Shown here: piece by piece, positions 1 through 12,840 of the stretch
Numbering within the stretch: the first letter of the stretch is position 1
Layout of the letters: every line of letters begins with the position of its first letter
Assembly (NCBI RefSeq): GCF_037042905.1
Contig: NC_087249.1
Span: forward strand, 8,434,001-8,498,000
DNA: 64,000 nt
Source: Lytechinus pictus
Taxonomy: Eukaryota
Reading direction: 5' to 3'
Position numbers and translations under genes: made by a program
Notes under the pieces: generated by a model
Told to the model about the DNA's origin: nothing
Databases searched by the model: none
The model's input: only the letters and a program-made list of their open reading frames with translations

Positions 1-329
1 TACATTTTAAGGACTGTACTTGAATAGAACAATGGAGGTAGCAACTCAGAAAGTACAGCTTGTGATGAGTGCACCGTGACATAAACAATAGATACATAGT
101 ACATGAACAAAAAACTTATCTAAACAGAGTACAATATAAAACAAGGGGAAAAACAAATGGGGGAGGGGGGACAGGGCAACTTTAAATAAATTACTAGCAT
201 ATCATTTGAAGCAGAAAATAAATCGTCAAACCAATCATCCCACAACTAAACTATAAAGCAAATAACAGAATTTAGGACCAGATGTAAGTTTTTTCTTAAA
301 GTTATTCAAAGTTGAAAAAAAAAACAGAT

Positions 330-1500
330 TCACTTAAAAAAAAGAGCACACTGTCGGGGTTTTCATTGATCTGTCGAAAGCATTCGATACCATCGATCAT
401 CATCATGTGGAAGCACCGTGGTGTAGCGGTTCTGACTCTCGCCTTGTAATCAGAGGGTCGTGTGTTCGAATCCCACCATGGCCTAGCGTCCTTTGGCAAG
501 GCGTCAATCCACAATTTGCCACTCTCCACCCAGGTGTTAAATGGGTACCCGGTAGGATGCAAAAGCCTATGTAGTATGCCTAGCAATTGAGTCTTGGAAC
601 TCTTGTTGGAATGCTCCCCAGGGAGTGGAGAAGGTGCATACATTGTATGCGGGCATGCAAGGATCCGATGACCGGGGTAATAATATATCTGTAAAGCGCT
701 TAGAGACGTCGTTCCGATGTGTTAAGCGCTATATAAATGCGGAATATTATTATTATTATCATATACCATTGTATAAATTAATATGTTTTTTTAATATAAA
801 TAAAAAGATTTGGAATCAGAGGTATTGTTTTATCATGGTTTAATAATTATTTATCCAACATACGTCAATCATCCCAAGTTCGTACCGTTAAGTGTGGAGT
901 ACCACAGGGCTACATATTCGGCCCTTTGTTATTCTTAATTCATATGAATGATATAATCAATGCTTCACCCTTACTTATATATGTTCTCTTCGCAGATGAT
1001 ACCAATATATTCTTTCCACACAATAAGTTTGACATGCAGTAATGAATTAAATAAATTGTCCATGTGGTTTAAATCAAATAAACTCTCCTTAAACATTAAC
1101 AAAACAAATTTCATGTACTTTAAAGACATCAATTCTAAACATTTATTCTGTGGTTCCATTAATATTGATAACATCAATCTTGCTAAAAAACAAGAAACAA
1201 AATTCTTAGGTGTATTAATTGACTCTAATTTAACTTGGAATGGCCACATTCGTTATGTTAGCACGCTAGTTGCCAGAGGTATTGGCATACTATTTAAACT
1301 GAAATATTGTCTTTCTAAAAAGATCACTATTTATACTGTACAATTCTTTTATTTTGTCACATATATCATATTGCAATATATTGTGGGGTAATAGCAACAA
1401 ACGAAAATAGACTCAATTCTACGACTCCAAAAGAAAGCACTCCGCTTTTTTTTTTAGCACATACTGATCCTATTTTTTGAAACCTTAAAGCATTAATATA
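330..1500 (+). mobile_element. Degraded CR1/L2(Crack)-type LINE reverse transcriptase fragment
   Basis: Frameshifted RT motifs GVFIDLSKAFDTIDH, CGVPQGxIxGPLLF, FADDTN, WFKSNKLSLNINKT, KFLGVLIDSNLTW. Confidence 0.85.
407..759 (+). mobile_element. tRNA-derived SINE inserted in the LINE fragment
   Basis: A box TGGTGTAGCGG, B box GTTCGAATCC, central CCCAGGTGTTAAATGGGTACC, (TAT)n tail. ATCAT is repeated at both flanks. Confidence 0.85.
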
Positions 1501-1856
1501 CAGGCGTCCATTCCTCCGTTTAGTCACTTGCGCCTATATACAAATACCCATTTGGTATGCATCTTCTTTGTGAAAACTGGCCCATATTGCTGTTGTCTGT
1601 CAGAAAATCGCTAAGAAATAATGGGATTTGATTTTTTTAAAGAAAACTATTCTATATTTTTTATAGGATAGTTTTGTTTTTTCATGGGGGGGGGGGTGTC
1701 CAAATATCCTGAAGAAAGGGACTTCAATTTTTTCTCAATTTTTGGCACAAAATAACAGACCTTAATACAGTATTTTTATGAACTTTGTATCATTAGACCC
1801 AATTCGTTTTCAATTCCTGAGCTCCATATATTATATATAAAAAAAGCTAGACAGAA

Positions 1857-1987
1857 TCATTTTTTCTCAGAAATACTGCAGAACACTTTCAACATGAGGA
1901 CCGTCATTAGAAGGCAGGCTACCAGGCTCATCCCTCCTAGTGTCCAATAAACAACCTTCACGCTTCCTGAAGCATCTTGAACGTAAC
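1857..1987 (-). CDS. SLC16/MCT-like gene A, last coding exon
   Basis: Acceptor gtggtAG. Encodes GYVQDASGSVKVVYWTLGGMSLVACLLMTVLMLKVFCSISEKK* with the GxxxDxxGS motif before TM12. Spliced CDS is 1662 nt and in frame. Confidence 0.88.
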
Positions 1988-2214
1988 CTACCACATTAGA
2001 TAGAAACAAAAAAAGGAAGAGAAAAAAAAAACGTCAAGACTCTTCAAATCCATAGAGAAGATATCCAAGTTAGACAAAATCACATGCACAAAATATTATG
2101 TTTTTTATGACAAAGAGAAAACGAAACCGTTCATCTCTACTTGACTCTCTCTCCCATGAGACGAAAACATTACTTTTTTCCATCGGTATATAAAAAAAAA
2201 TTGTTGTACTATAC

Positions 2215-3411
2215 CTGCACCTAAACCAGAAAGAAGAAGTCCAAGACCAATTGATAAGTCGGTGAGCGTTGACCCATCAGCAAAATATTCTTGGTTGACA
2301 ACGACATCGATGACGCCTTCGCATGTAACAATGACACCATTGACCCCGATACCAACGACGAACGACATCACCAGGAGGTAAACGAAAGATGGTGACAGCG
2401 TCATAATGAAAACTCCAACGGTCAGCCAGCAACACGAGACGAAGAATAGGAAGACGCAGTACTGGGGTCTATATCTCAGCACGACAGTCAGGAAAGCACT
2501 GGAAACACCGCAGCCGATGGTGGAAGCGAAAGGGAGGATGTTCGCAGTTCGGTGCTCGAGCCCCTGCGAGATGCCATAAGTCACTTCAAAAAGATCACAT
2601 CCTCCGATAACAAAGAAGAGTATTCCAACACTCGGAATAAGAGTGCAAGAAACGATTGGATTCAAAACTAGAAAGTCAAAGTGGATGATGTCCTTGATCA
2701 ATCTGATGAAATATGACTCGTTGACTTCCGTCAGATCCGACGCACTCTGTAAGGAAATGTTCAGATGGTCTTCACTAATATCCCCATTTAAGGACTTTCT
2801 TGCTGACTTACAGTTCTCGATGATGTTGTGATTGTGATAGAGGTGATGCTTTTCAATAGTGCAGGTTTCATTGGGCACACAAACTCCCACATCACTATCA
2901 TTATCCCCCTCAGTACTCATAATTTCGCAGATGGTGCAGTCATTACTCTTAAATTCACTAGGTATGCAGTTTCCCTCTGACATACTGTTCTGCCCATCTG
3001 GGCGACTGTTCATAGAGTCCTCTCTGGATTTTGGAGTTCTTCTTTCTGGAAAGGCTTTCTGTTGTTTGGATAATAACGGGGTTGTGTCCTTGGGGAATCC
3101 ATCTTTTCCAGTAGTGGTATTAGGCCTATCTTCGCGACCACTGGTATCAGTCAGCACAGACGACTTCCGCTGATCTTTGGGCACTATGAGTGCATACCCA
3201 GCAGGTAACATGTTCAGGTATATCCCGCCCAGGATTAGGAGGGCTCCACCCACACCATATGCCATCAGACTCAGTGATATCATGAGAGGGATAAGCAGGC
3301 TACCAAGGATTCCGCCAAAGAAGGTGGAGATGCTGATGAAAGTAAAGTTTGTTGGGAAGTATCGATGCAACAGTGTTGGGGCTTGGCGATGCAAGACCGA
3401 TGCGCAGATTG
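2215..3411 (-). CDS. SLC16/MCT-like gene A, exon 3 (TM4-TM11 with long central loop)
   Basis: Lies within ORF 2105..3598. Acceptor catctgcAG, donor GCAG|GTATAG, 1197 nt. Hydrophobic helices flank a long polar loop, as in SLC16. Confidence 0.9.
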
Positions 3412-4343
3412 CTGCAGATGGAAGAAAGGGAATTAGAATGCCAAAATTGACATAAATATTGAAAGTATGACATGTGATAGGGAGAAAGATATTGAGAGGA
3501 TTGAAAATACTGGAATGGGTTTGGAAGAAAATAATAGTAAAGAAGGAGACATGAGAGAGTGGTAGAGAGGTAGGGTAGATAATAAACATGATAAACAAGT
3601 CCTAGTCAGTGTTGTCACATTCGAGACCTTGATTTTTTTTTCTGGGGGAGGGGTAGTTGGGTGGGAGTAAGCAATCTGATAGTGATTCTTTTTCTCCTTT
3701 CCTTCTTTATTTCTTTTTTCTAACTTTTCTTTTCTATCTTCCTTCCTTTCCCTTTTTTCCTCATGTATTTTTGGGTGACGTATAGAAGAGTGTGGTAAAA
3801 ATGGTTATTGGTTCATATCTTTCAAAGGGACAGGATTCTAGGGATAGAATTTGTATCCTTATCCCCGAGATCATCTCCCTAGTTAACTAGCATTAAAGCA
3901 AATGAAATATTCCGCTTCATAATCAAGGAGTATACTGGGTTACATTCCTGTAAACATGGCTCTGGGAAGCGAGGGTGCTGATGCACCCACGTCATTTACC
4001 AGGGGGTGCTGCGTGTGTTTTTCAATAGGCATTCCCTGGAAATCTGGTAGGTATGCTAAATAGCAGAAATGACCTACACCTTTTAGTGAAAACTTTTTTC
4101 TCTCCTTTTTTGCTTGCCAAATTTAAACCAACACCTTCTGTTAAAAATATGTCCTTAGGGCCCTGCTTATAAATCGGTAATTCTCATTCAACCTGTTAGA
4201 AGTACACTGTTATAATATTTCTCCTTTAAAAAAATTAAAAGGTCCTTCTTTTTTAACTATCATGTTTTGTTAATTGCGGACAATTTCCTGTAGCATCTTA
4301 CTTTTAATAAATATTAATTGCCTGTAAAATCTTCTGTTGGTTA

Positions 4344-4566
4344 CACTCTAAGAATAATGAGTAAAATTTTACCCAATTATGGGTAGAAAGGGAACATGCA
4401 TGTTTGTAAGTATCTTTTTTACCCCCTATTGGGCAAAATGCATGTTTTAAGGCTAAATTTCACAATAAAATACGTAAAATTTACAAAATATTTTGTATCT
4501 TTTTTACCCAACCAACATACATTTTCCCACTTTACTCAATATTGGGTAAATTTTTTTTTTAGAGTG
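4344..4566. mobile_element. MITE with CACTCTAA...TTAGAGTG termini and TA flanks
   Basis: Terminal inverted repeats with internal TTTTACCCAAT/ATTGGGTAAA repeats. Relatives at 29971-30202 and 42058-42181. Confidence 0.7.
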
Positions 4567-4880
4567 TAACAATATAGCCTTCCTTTAATTTTCTATATCT
4601 TTATCCTTCAAGTTCACCTTCAATGATTCACCCACAGGTTGCTCTTCATAGAGAATTATGTAGTATGCAATGCAGAGAAACAAATGGGAAATACAGATAT
4701 ATGACCGTAATCGGATAACCCATATTTCTTTATCATTCTTATTTATTCGTCACTCGTATATCAATATCGTTTTCTTGCACAGGTGTTATTAATGAAGATA
4801 ATGATGCGCTGTGGTCTGAAGCTCCGTAGCTCTGTATATTCATGACGGTGACGATTTGCATATTAAGTTTTTAATAGGAA

Positions 4881-5055
4881 CTGGTGGGTGTTTCATAAAG
4901 CTGTTCGTAAGATACGAAGACTTTACTCACGACTGGTGATCCTTTCTTGTGCTATCTGATATCCCTATGTAATTGAGTTATGACCCAAGTACAGGTTCCA
5001 GTCGTGCGTAAAGTCGTTCGTAACCTTACGAACAGCTTTATGAAACACCCACCAG
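4881..5055. mobile_element. Near-palindromic MITE
   Basis: CTGGTGGGTGTTTCATAAAGCTGTTCGTAAG is a perfect inverted match to CTTACGAACAGCTTTATGAAACACCCACCAG. Confidence 0.85.
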
Positions 5056-5070
5056 GGGATAAGAGCGTAT

Positions 5071-5113
5071 CAGTGGCTTACAGATGAGGGTGCTTGGGGT
5101 GCTTGCCCCCCCC

Positions 5114-5144
<31 letters not shown>

Positions 5145-5331
5145 CGACCAAGGAAAAATAGAAAAAAGGAAAAAGAGAAGGATGAAATATTTTTTTTTTA
5201 ATAACATGTCAAAATATATGAAAAATTGATTTTTTCAATCAAAATATCGAAATTTTTGCTCGCTCGCTCATAAATTTTGCCCGATACGCCATATCTGGCC
5301 CCACCAAAATTCTTTGGCTCATTACGCCTCT
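5071..5331. mobile_element. Non-autonomous DNA-transposon-like element (CAGTGGCGTA...TACGCCACTG family)
   Basis: Characteristic termini and an internal GCTCGCTCGC motif. Relatives or fragments at about 6438-6660, 21150-22100, 22145-22720, 24400-24668 and 50150-50404. Confidence 0.6.
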
Positions 5332-5685
5332 AAAGCATATTATAGGACATTCGGTAATTTTGAATTAGATTAAGAAAGTAACAAATTTAGTTGCAGTAAA
5401 AATTAGTAAATATGTGAACATTTTCATCTTATTCTCAATAAGCTTCCAATATTCATTGTCATGCAACTTCACAAGATTACCAAATTGGTACTGGAAAAAA
5501 ATAGACAATAAGTTCCAAGAAAATCTTCAGACCGTCACGCCACTCTTAGGAATGTGCACTCTTATAAGAACACAAATTCAATCTTTGAGATTTCAACTCC
5601 GAAACAAATAGACATTCCAGTTTGAGTGAAGAAGAGTAAAATATTCAAAATTGTCACTCACCAGCCTAACACGTATTATATTCGG

Positions 5686-6221
5686 CCCGGGGGGGGGGGG
5701 CACTTCCATTGACGAGTGGATACCATGCGCGACCATGGGGTCTCGAAAAGCACCCTAAACAAGTATTTTCCATATTCTGAAAATGCACCCCTTTACACTT
5801 ATTGGTGTGTGAAACCCTACCCTTAACAAGTATTGGAAACAAAACGATATCCTTGGCAAGTATTCCCTGAATTGAACCCCTGAACATGTACAACGATATT
5901 TTAATTGTTATATGTCACGGACGTTGGTTTTACCTTTACCTACAAATGCATTGGGTTTAGTACGGCCCCACCTCCCACACCGCGCGCAAATCGCCACGTA
6001 GTGTTGACTGTTGGGGCAAAAAGTACATCCTTTGTAAAACATTTTAGCCTTTATCCTTTATACCCTCGCAAATTTGACCCTAAACACATAGCTATCCTAG
6101 CGAAATAGATACCCTTTTTCATTATTTAACGTGCCCTATCTTGAAAAAGACATCCCTTTTACGTGGTTTTTTTTTTTTGGTCGCGCATGGTATCCACTCG
6201 TCAATGTAAGTGCCCCCCGGG
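5686..6221. mobile_element. TIR element with CCCGGGGG termini and an 8-bp target duplication
   Basis: About 45-bp TIRs. ATATTCGG is duplicated exactly at 5678-5685 and 6222-6229. Confidence 0.9.
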
Positions 6222-6692
6222 ATATTCGGGCATGAAAAGAGAAGTGATAAAAGTATATATAAAGAAGATAGGAAATTCATTTTAAAAAATCACTCAGTTT
6301 GGACTCATTATTCTTTTTGTCATTGTTGCCGTTGTTGAGAATGGATCTGAGACAGGGAGTAGAGGGAGAGAGGGAGGGGAAGCGAGGACAGAGGATTCAT
6401 ATAATTATGTTAATTAAACATGTAGATCTATTTACCTCAGTGGCGTAACGAGCCAAATAAATTGAGGGGGCTAGATTTGGCGTATCGCGTAAAATTTAAA
6501 ACAAGTTGAAAACGAGTGAAGCGAGCGAGCAAAAATATCGTCATTTTTACTACAATAAATCAAATTTTGTGATAGATTTTGACATAATATTCGGAAAAAA
6601 TAAAATCATATTTTACCCTTATCACTTTCACTTTCTTTCCTTTTCTATTTTTTTTTTTTTTTGTATGTCAAGAACGCCAGTGCTTTATTTAC

Positions 6693-6836
6693 CTGATGAA
6701 GTTGAAAGGGCCCCAAACACGAAGATGTTTTGGGTAAATGCAGTACCTATCATTGTCAGTCCAGTAAGCAAACCACAAATTGTAGTCAGAGCCCTTTGGT
6801 TTGCACACCGAGTCAGCAGAACCTTAGCAAGAGGTG
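6693..6836 (-). CDS. SLC16/MCT-like gene A, exon 2 (144 nt)
   Basis: Acceptor ttttgttttacAG and donor G|GTAAAT. Encodes APLAKVLLTRCANQRALTTICGLLTGLTMIGTAFTQNIFVFGALSTSS. Same length and phase as gene B exon 2. Not in the ORF track. Confidence 0.9.
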
Positions 6837-8407
6837 CTGTAAAACAAAAATCCACAAAAATATTTCATAATTAGCACATTGTTCGACATGCAATAATTCA
6901 ATTCTTTTAAAACAATCAAATATACCATCTGTTATAAATCAAACAGTCTCATCTTTGGAGATCGAGGAAGGGGGGAATTGGCTACATCGGTAGAATCTCT
7001 TCTCGGGCACCATTTTCTCCCAATCCCCCCCCCCCCCATTCTCTCCCTCCCTCCTTCTTTCCCCCTCCCTCGCTCTGTACACCGTGTTGTACAAATAAAG
7101 AGTAAGGGGTGCGATCGCCCATTATCTCTTGCCTTATAAAATTTATATCTCTAAATATCTATGTTTCTTGAAATTACGTCAAACCATGGACTCTACAGAG
7201 AAAATTTTTACTGGTCAAGTGACACAATGTGAGTTACAATTTTTTCCCTAGGTGACCCTCTTTATGATGAATATGAGTCATATTACTCAAAAAATGAGTC
7301 AAATTACATTTAATTTATCTTGAAGTGTCCCATAACACATTTTTATTTGAAATGACACAGAAAATTTGTGATGTACACAGCGGGGGCCTCGGTACGGGGG
7401 GGGGGGGGCACTTTTTTCCAAAACAATGTGCAAAAACGTAAAAATTGCCATCTAATTGTGACTTTTTGCATGGTCAGCTCCTCCACCTTTGGCTCACCCC
7501 CCCCCCTCCCCTTCAAAACCGTTTCGCGGCCCCTGCCCATTGTGATTTTTGTAAGTGTGTCGTGTCTTACAGTCATATGACACAGTGGCTGTTTGATACG
7601 TCACGGGACTCACTTATTATATAAATGTGTGTCATTAATGACTTAAATTAATGTGTCATTTGACCCTAACTTAGTTTACAGGGGTGGGGGGTCACCTGCG
7701 GACTAGCTCATAAGTCATTTGACCTACAAAAGTTTTGTGTGGACAACAGGTTGATTAGGAATTGTTTCTCATCAACACCTGATTAATATGTGCATGTTGG
7801 TGAGAACATTTATATTGCACTCCAATACACTAACAATGTAATTGCGAATCATTACATAAATTATGTCGCATTCTACTCGCTGCTTGGAGTGTGATTACAG
7901 AAAAAGTATCATTATTTAAATTAAACCCAAATAAGGGGCAGCAAAAGCAATTTTATGACAATAACAAAGTGCTATATGAAATTAATTATTACTTACAGTG
8001 ACGATGCATGGTAGGCATTCGTCGGACTTATCCTCACTTTTAAAATGCCATTCTCTAATGTTGCATATATATATATATAAATATATATATATATTATATA
8101 TATATATATATACACACACACACCTGTTAATAAATTCCTTGCATTTAGTTTAAAAGAGCCAATGTTGTTTCTCTTTTACTTCACTTCGGCTGATAATATT
8201 GACAATTTCATATTTTACGCTATCACTGCAAAAACATAAATTTCACGATAACTTTCAGCAAGTTTTCTTTTGCACATGTATATTTCTGCAACATACTAGT
8301 ACTGAAGGTGCTTTTTAGTGGCGAGCTTGCGACGGCCGTGATGCAATCAAAGCAATGATCATCTTTCTTAGGGTCCATTGGTAACCGGCCGACATTCATA
8401 CGCTTAC

Positions 8408-8597
8408 CTGTTAAATACCACAGGGACACATGCAATGAAAGCAGAAGTCCTGTCATAGCGCTAGAAGATTGAAGATGTTCTTTCAAGGCCGGCATCAACA
8501 TACCCAGAGAAATCTCAGCCCCTTCTTCAATCACTTTAAGACAAAAGCGAGACGTGTAAACAACGTATCGCAAAGTTTTATCGTTAGAAATCATCAT
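8408..8597 (-). CDS. SLC16/MCT-like MFS transporter gene A, coding exon 1 of 4
   Basis: ATG at 8597. Encodes MMISNDKTLRYVVYTSRFCLKVIEEGAEISLGMLMPALKEHLQSSSAMTGLLLSLHVSLWYLT, then a phase-1 donor G|GTAAGC. Aligns with gene B exon 1. Confidence 0.9.
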
Positions 8598-8829
8598 TTT
8601 GGCGGAAAATCAGTTCGCCCTGGAGAAAGTGGATCGTTTGATAAATATGTGTGAGTGAGATGAAAAATCCGAAATGGGAATTGCTTGATTGTAATTTCAT
8701 ACCTCGGATAGTATTTCTTGATGGCACTCGATAATTCCTGCGTTCCCTGATTATGATTGATATGTCTACATATTATTTATGTGTATGTTGCATTATGTTA
8801 CACTAATTATCTACAATAAAACTTGTAAT

Positions 8830-9330
8830 TATCGTTTAGATGAAATTTCAAAATGACCTTGCTATTTGATGATGTGAATGATTCTCATGTTGTGAAACTG
8901 TTTACAACCATCTGTGATGGACATGCACCATTAGTAGAAAAATTAAAAGGAAAAAAAAAAAGATTCATAAACAAAAACATGGCTTACAAAGGAAATCAAG
9001 AAGTCAATAAAAACTAAGCACAAGATGTATGCAAATGTAGTAAAGTCGAGATTTAGCTCCGAGATACATGCAAAATACAAAAAGTATAGAAATGTGTTGA
9101 TTTCTCGATTACGAACTGCAAGGAAACTTTACTGTGGTGAGCTCTTAAAAGGTGATTCTTCTAAATCCTGGGATACAATTAACGATGTCGTCGGTTCAAA
9201 AGGGCAAACGAATAGGTAAAGGGTTGAAAAGTTGATATGTAGCCCAATAAGGATAATCTTCAACAAATGTATGAAACACCAAAGCAAATTGTTGAAGTCT
9301 TCAATGGCTTCTTTGTAAACGTGGAAAATA
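8830..9330 (+). mobile_element. Degraded LINE ORF2 fragment (region between endonuclease and RT)
   Basis: WLTKEIKKSIKTKHKMY...YKKYRNVL...ARKLY...SWDTIN...FNGFFVNV pattern, typical of CR1/L2 ORF2. Confidence 0.7.
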
Positions 9331-9560
9331 TTTTTATTCACATTTTCTCCAATCGGCCGCCAAAATCAAATTTTTCAATTTTTCATATTTTTAGTATTTT
9401 AGGGTTTGTACTATCTTTAACTCTTGCAAAAAAGATAAGGTATTTCATGACGTCTGAATAAAACATGCGAGCGCGAAATGAGAGCTCATTTTTTTATAAT
9501 TAGACCTGAAAATTGAATATTCTGGGCAGTTTTGTATTTATGAACAAGATGCGTATCTAA

Positions 9561-10110
9561 AGCCCCTTTCACAATTGACCAACGACCATTTGCGACCTTT
9601 TGGTCGTGCGACTGGCTGCAACAGGCATCAATTGCTAGTCATCTCATAAGATCGCACAGAGGCTTTCACAGTTGCAACAACTGTCGTACAACAAAAACAA
9701 CCAGTAGAACCCGTTGCACGAGTAAGTCGCTTATGCTCCTATTGTGCTCGTGCGATCACATGCGAGTGTTGCACGACTGATTGCATAGTCGTGAGAGTCG
9801 ACTTTAAACAATGCGATTGCTCGTACGTTTGAATGAAACCAGTGCGAGTGTTCGTGTGATTGATGTGAGGTATAGACCAATTCGAACTCATAGCAATGTA
9901 ATAGCAGCCATAGCTTTAATTTCGTGGAGTTTATATTACACTTTTTCTAATATATTCTGCCCTCTCTTTTATTTATTCTTAACTCCTATTTTATAACACC
10001 GAGGAACAGACGCATACATGCGAATGCAACGGTAGTGCAATGTTGTAAGCCGTATTGTGATCGGTCTTATGGCCTATATATTATCGCACCCAGTCGCAAG
10101 ATTGGTCTCT
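9561..10110. mobile_element. Truncated Harbinger-like MITE
   Basis: Starts with AGCCCCTTTCACAATTG. Interior rich in CGAC/GTCG motifs. The other terminus is not clear. Confidence 0.45.
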
Positions 10111-10309
10111 GTATTACCTTATGTTTATATCCATTGTTGCCTGAAAAGGAATCAAACAAAGAGCAACCCAAAGGTCATCTCGAAAACCTAACAGACCTTT
10201 CCAGCTGACAAGAGCCTTACATTCTTCAACTTTAAAGTTTAAAAAAGAGCAATATATATTCAGAAAATATTGATTGTGATTGGCCTTCATTAAGGAATTT
10301 TCAGAACCC

Positions 10310-11560
10310 AAATCAGGAATTCAGTTTGTTTGCTTTTTTCAAGAAAGGACAGTTTAAGGAGTTTACTATGATTGGGTAAATCGCATCTGGGCCGTGATGT
10401 CTTCTAAGATCATTTTCGGGTTTGATAAATGAAAGTCAGAGGAGTGAAGTGTAGGACATGAATAAATGTCGCTATTGAAAGTAAAAATGTTTTAAAAGGA
10501 TGTAGTATTAGCATTGGTGTACATAAAAATGGCAGTTTGGAAAGTAAGAATATGGTTTATTTTCAATGTTTAAAGTTCAGAAAAATATATAAAAAAATGA
10601 AAATCCATATTTCATTGTTCGAAATAGACATCAGAAATGAAATACAACTGTACTCCGAAAATTGGTTTTTTTCTCCCAATTGATCGTGAGCCCTGCAGCG
10701 CCAGATCGACGATGCTCTTTCCCTTTAATCGTTGAACGCCAAACAGGTTAGCAGCAAATCCCATCTTTTAACGTCTTTTGGTCTGACGCGGCCGGGGTTT
10801 GAACCCCGATCTCCCGTTTGTGAGACGGACGCTCTACCAACTGAGCCAACACACCGTTGGATCAGTATGAGCTCAATATTGCGGGTGAGAGCATATACGG
10901 AGTGTTTTATTTTAGAGCACAAAATTGAATCTATTTTCATTTTAATGCTTTTGTCCCACAATATATTGCAATATGAAATGTGTGATCAAATAATAGAATT
11001 ATACAACATGAATAGTGATCTTTGGGAAGGACAATCTTTCAGTTTATATGATATACTAATACCTCGGGCAACTAGTGTCCTAAAATTTTGAATATGACTG
11101 TTCCAAGTTAATTTATAGTCGATTAATACCCCTAAAAATTGTATCTTGTTTTTCAACGAGACGTATGTCATTAATGTTAATTTGATTTTAATCACATAGA
11201 CAATTTATTAAATTCGTGATGGAGTTTTGTTACAAGCATGTCTAAGTTTTTGTGTGAATAAGATACATTAGTATCATCTGCGAAGAAAAACATATTAAAA
11301 GTAAAGTTGATGCATTTATTACATCACTCATATAATTAAAAAAAATAACAAAGGGCCTAAGATGGAGCCCTGTGGTACTCCACACTTAACAGTATAAACT
11401 TGGGGCGATTGACGTCTGTTGGATAAATAATCATTTAACCATGATAAAAACAATACCTCTGAATCCTCCGAGTCGTTAGTTTACACATTAGAATATGGTG
11501 ATCCATAGTATCGAATGCCTTTGATAGAAAAAAAAACAATGGTGTGCTTTTTTGGGGAAA
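10310..11560 (-). mobile_element. Degraded LINE RT/3' fragment, same family as 330-1500
   Basis: Reverse complement aligns with 340-1490 (LSKAFDT, CGVPQGSILGPLLF, FFADDTN, FLGVLIDYKLTW). Confidence 0.85.
10683..10859 (-). mobile_element. tRNA-derived SINE head inserted in the LINE fragment
   Basis: The minus strand reads TGGCTCAGTTGGTAGAGCG (A box) and GGTTCAAACCC (B box), followed by a non-tRNA body. Confidence 0.8.
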
Positions 11561-12653
11561 GAGAATATATTATTTAGTCGTGTAACAGTAAGATTGCATT
11601 GTTTATACGACGCCCCGGCTAATATGTCCGCGTGCACAAATGGACTACTCAGAATATATGCTGCACACGGTGATTGTCATTCGACACCATATCATTTCCA
11701 ATACAATGAGATTTTGAACTCACTAGGTATGGATTCATGGTCGAAAACTTCTGAGTTGCGCTGTGACTTACTGAGATTCATACTTTATTATGATAATCCT
11801 CAATGCAAGTCGACTCATGATATTGTGATATGAAAGAAGCTTTGTTTGTTTAACAAGCTCCAACGAGCATCAGTGACAAAAACTGATAATTTCTTACTGG
11901 TTGCTAAACCAACCAAACAAAAAAGAATTGTAGCATATTCTTTGAACTCTATTACACATTGCGTCCCACAAAAAGAAAACCAGTATTCCGAGATTGATTT
12001 CACAATATTGTTACATAGGCCTATGTTTTTATCATAAATTTCTAATTTCTATGTATTGATGTAATTTGGTCTCACTTTTATGATACATTTTACGTCTATA
12101 ATGATTTGTATAATTCAATGATATGATATTTATAGAGATTCTTTACCGATAGTTATTCGGTTATTATTTTATTATTATTATTGCTGTTGTTATTATTATC
12201 ATTATTATTATTATCATTATTACTTTATATGAATATATTTTCGTTTCGGAGATGAATGATAGAAACTTGACAAAGAATACAAAATGTATGCTAATGAGCC
12301 AACAATCGAATAAGCAAGGTCCGGTCGTCGTATCGTTAACCAATCTTGTCAAATTTTTCTGCGCAACCTGATTTTGACATTAAAAGTTTCAAACTCGTCT
12401 TGCCTATTGTTGCGTGAGGTGTTCGTCTCATATCATTTATCAAAATATGAAGGAATAACCGAATTGTGTGATGGTGTCAACTAAATATATTCACCTGCCT
12501 TTAACTAAAAAAAAAAACCAAGGGAATGACGGTTTCCCTTTTTTCTGGGGCGCACTGTACATTAAAAGTTAGATATTGGTGTCGGCCTACATCAAGTACG
12601 CTTCCTGTAGTTATTCATTTTAGAAAACGAGTAAGATAAGCAATTATTTCAAA

Positions 12654-12840
12654 ATGGATTGGAACCTAAAAATGTGGGGAAAAGTTATATTTGCATCAAG
12701 ATTTTGTCTTAAAATCATGGAAGAAGGAATGGTCATCTCTTTTGGCATTCTGCTGCCGGAATTAACCGAATATCTTGAATCGTCAAGCGCAGTGACTGGA
12801 CTTTTGATATCACTTTATATATCTACATGGTATCTCGGAG
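12654..12840 (+). CDS. SLC16/MCT-like MFS transporter gene B, coding exon 1 of 4
   Basis: ttcaaaATGG start. Encodes MDWNLKMWGKVIFASRFCLKIMEEGMVISFGILLPELTEYLESSSAVTGLLISLYISTWYLG. Donor G|GTAAGG. Confidence 0.9.

Noticed and set aside
410..485. tRNA genes at about 410-485 and 10780-10855
   Set aside because: A and B boxes are present but the cloverleaves are imperfect and run into SINE bodies inserted in LINEs.
3412..3598. N-terminal extension of the 497-aa ORF (and 28317-28356 of the 386-aa ORF)
   Set aside because: Intronic read-through upstream of clear splice acceptors. The true N-termini come from exons 1-2.
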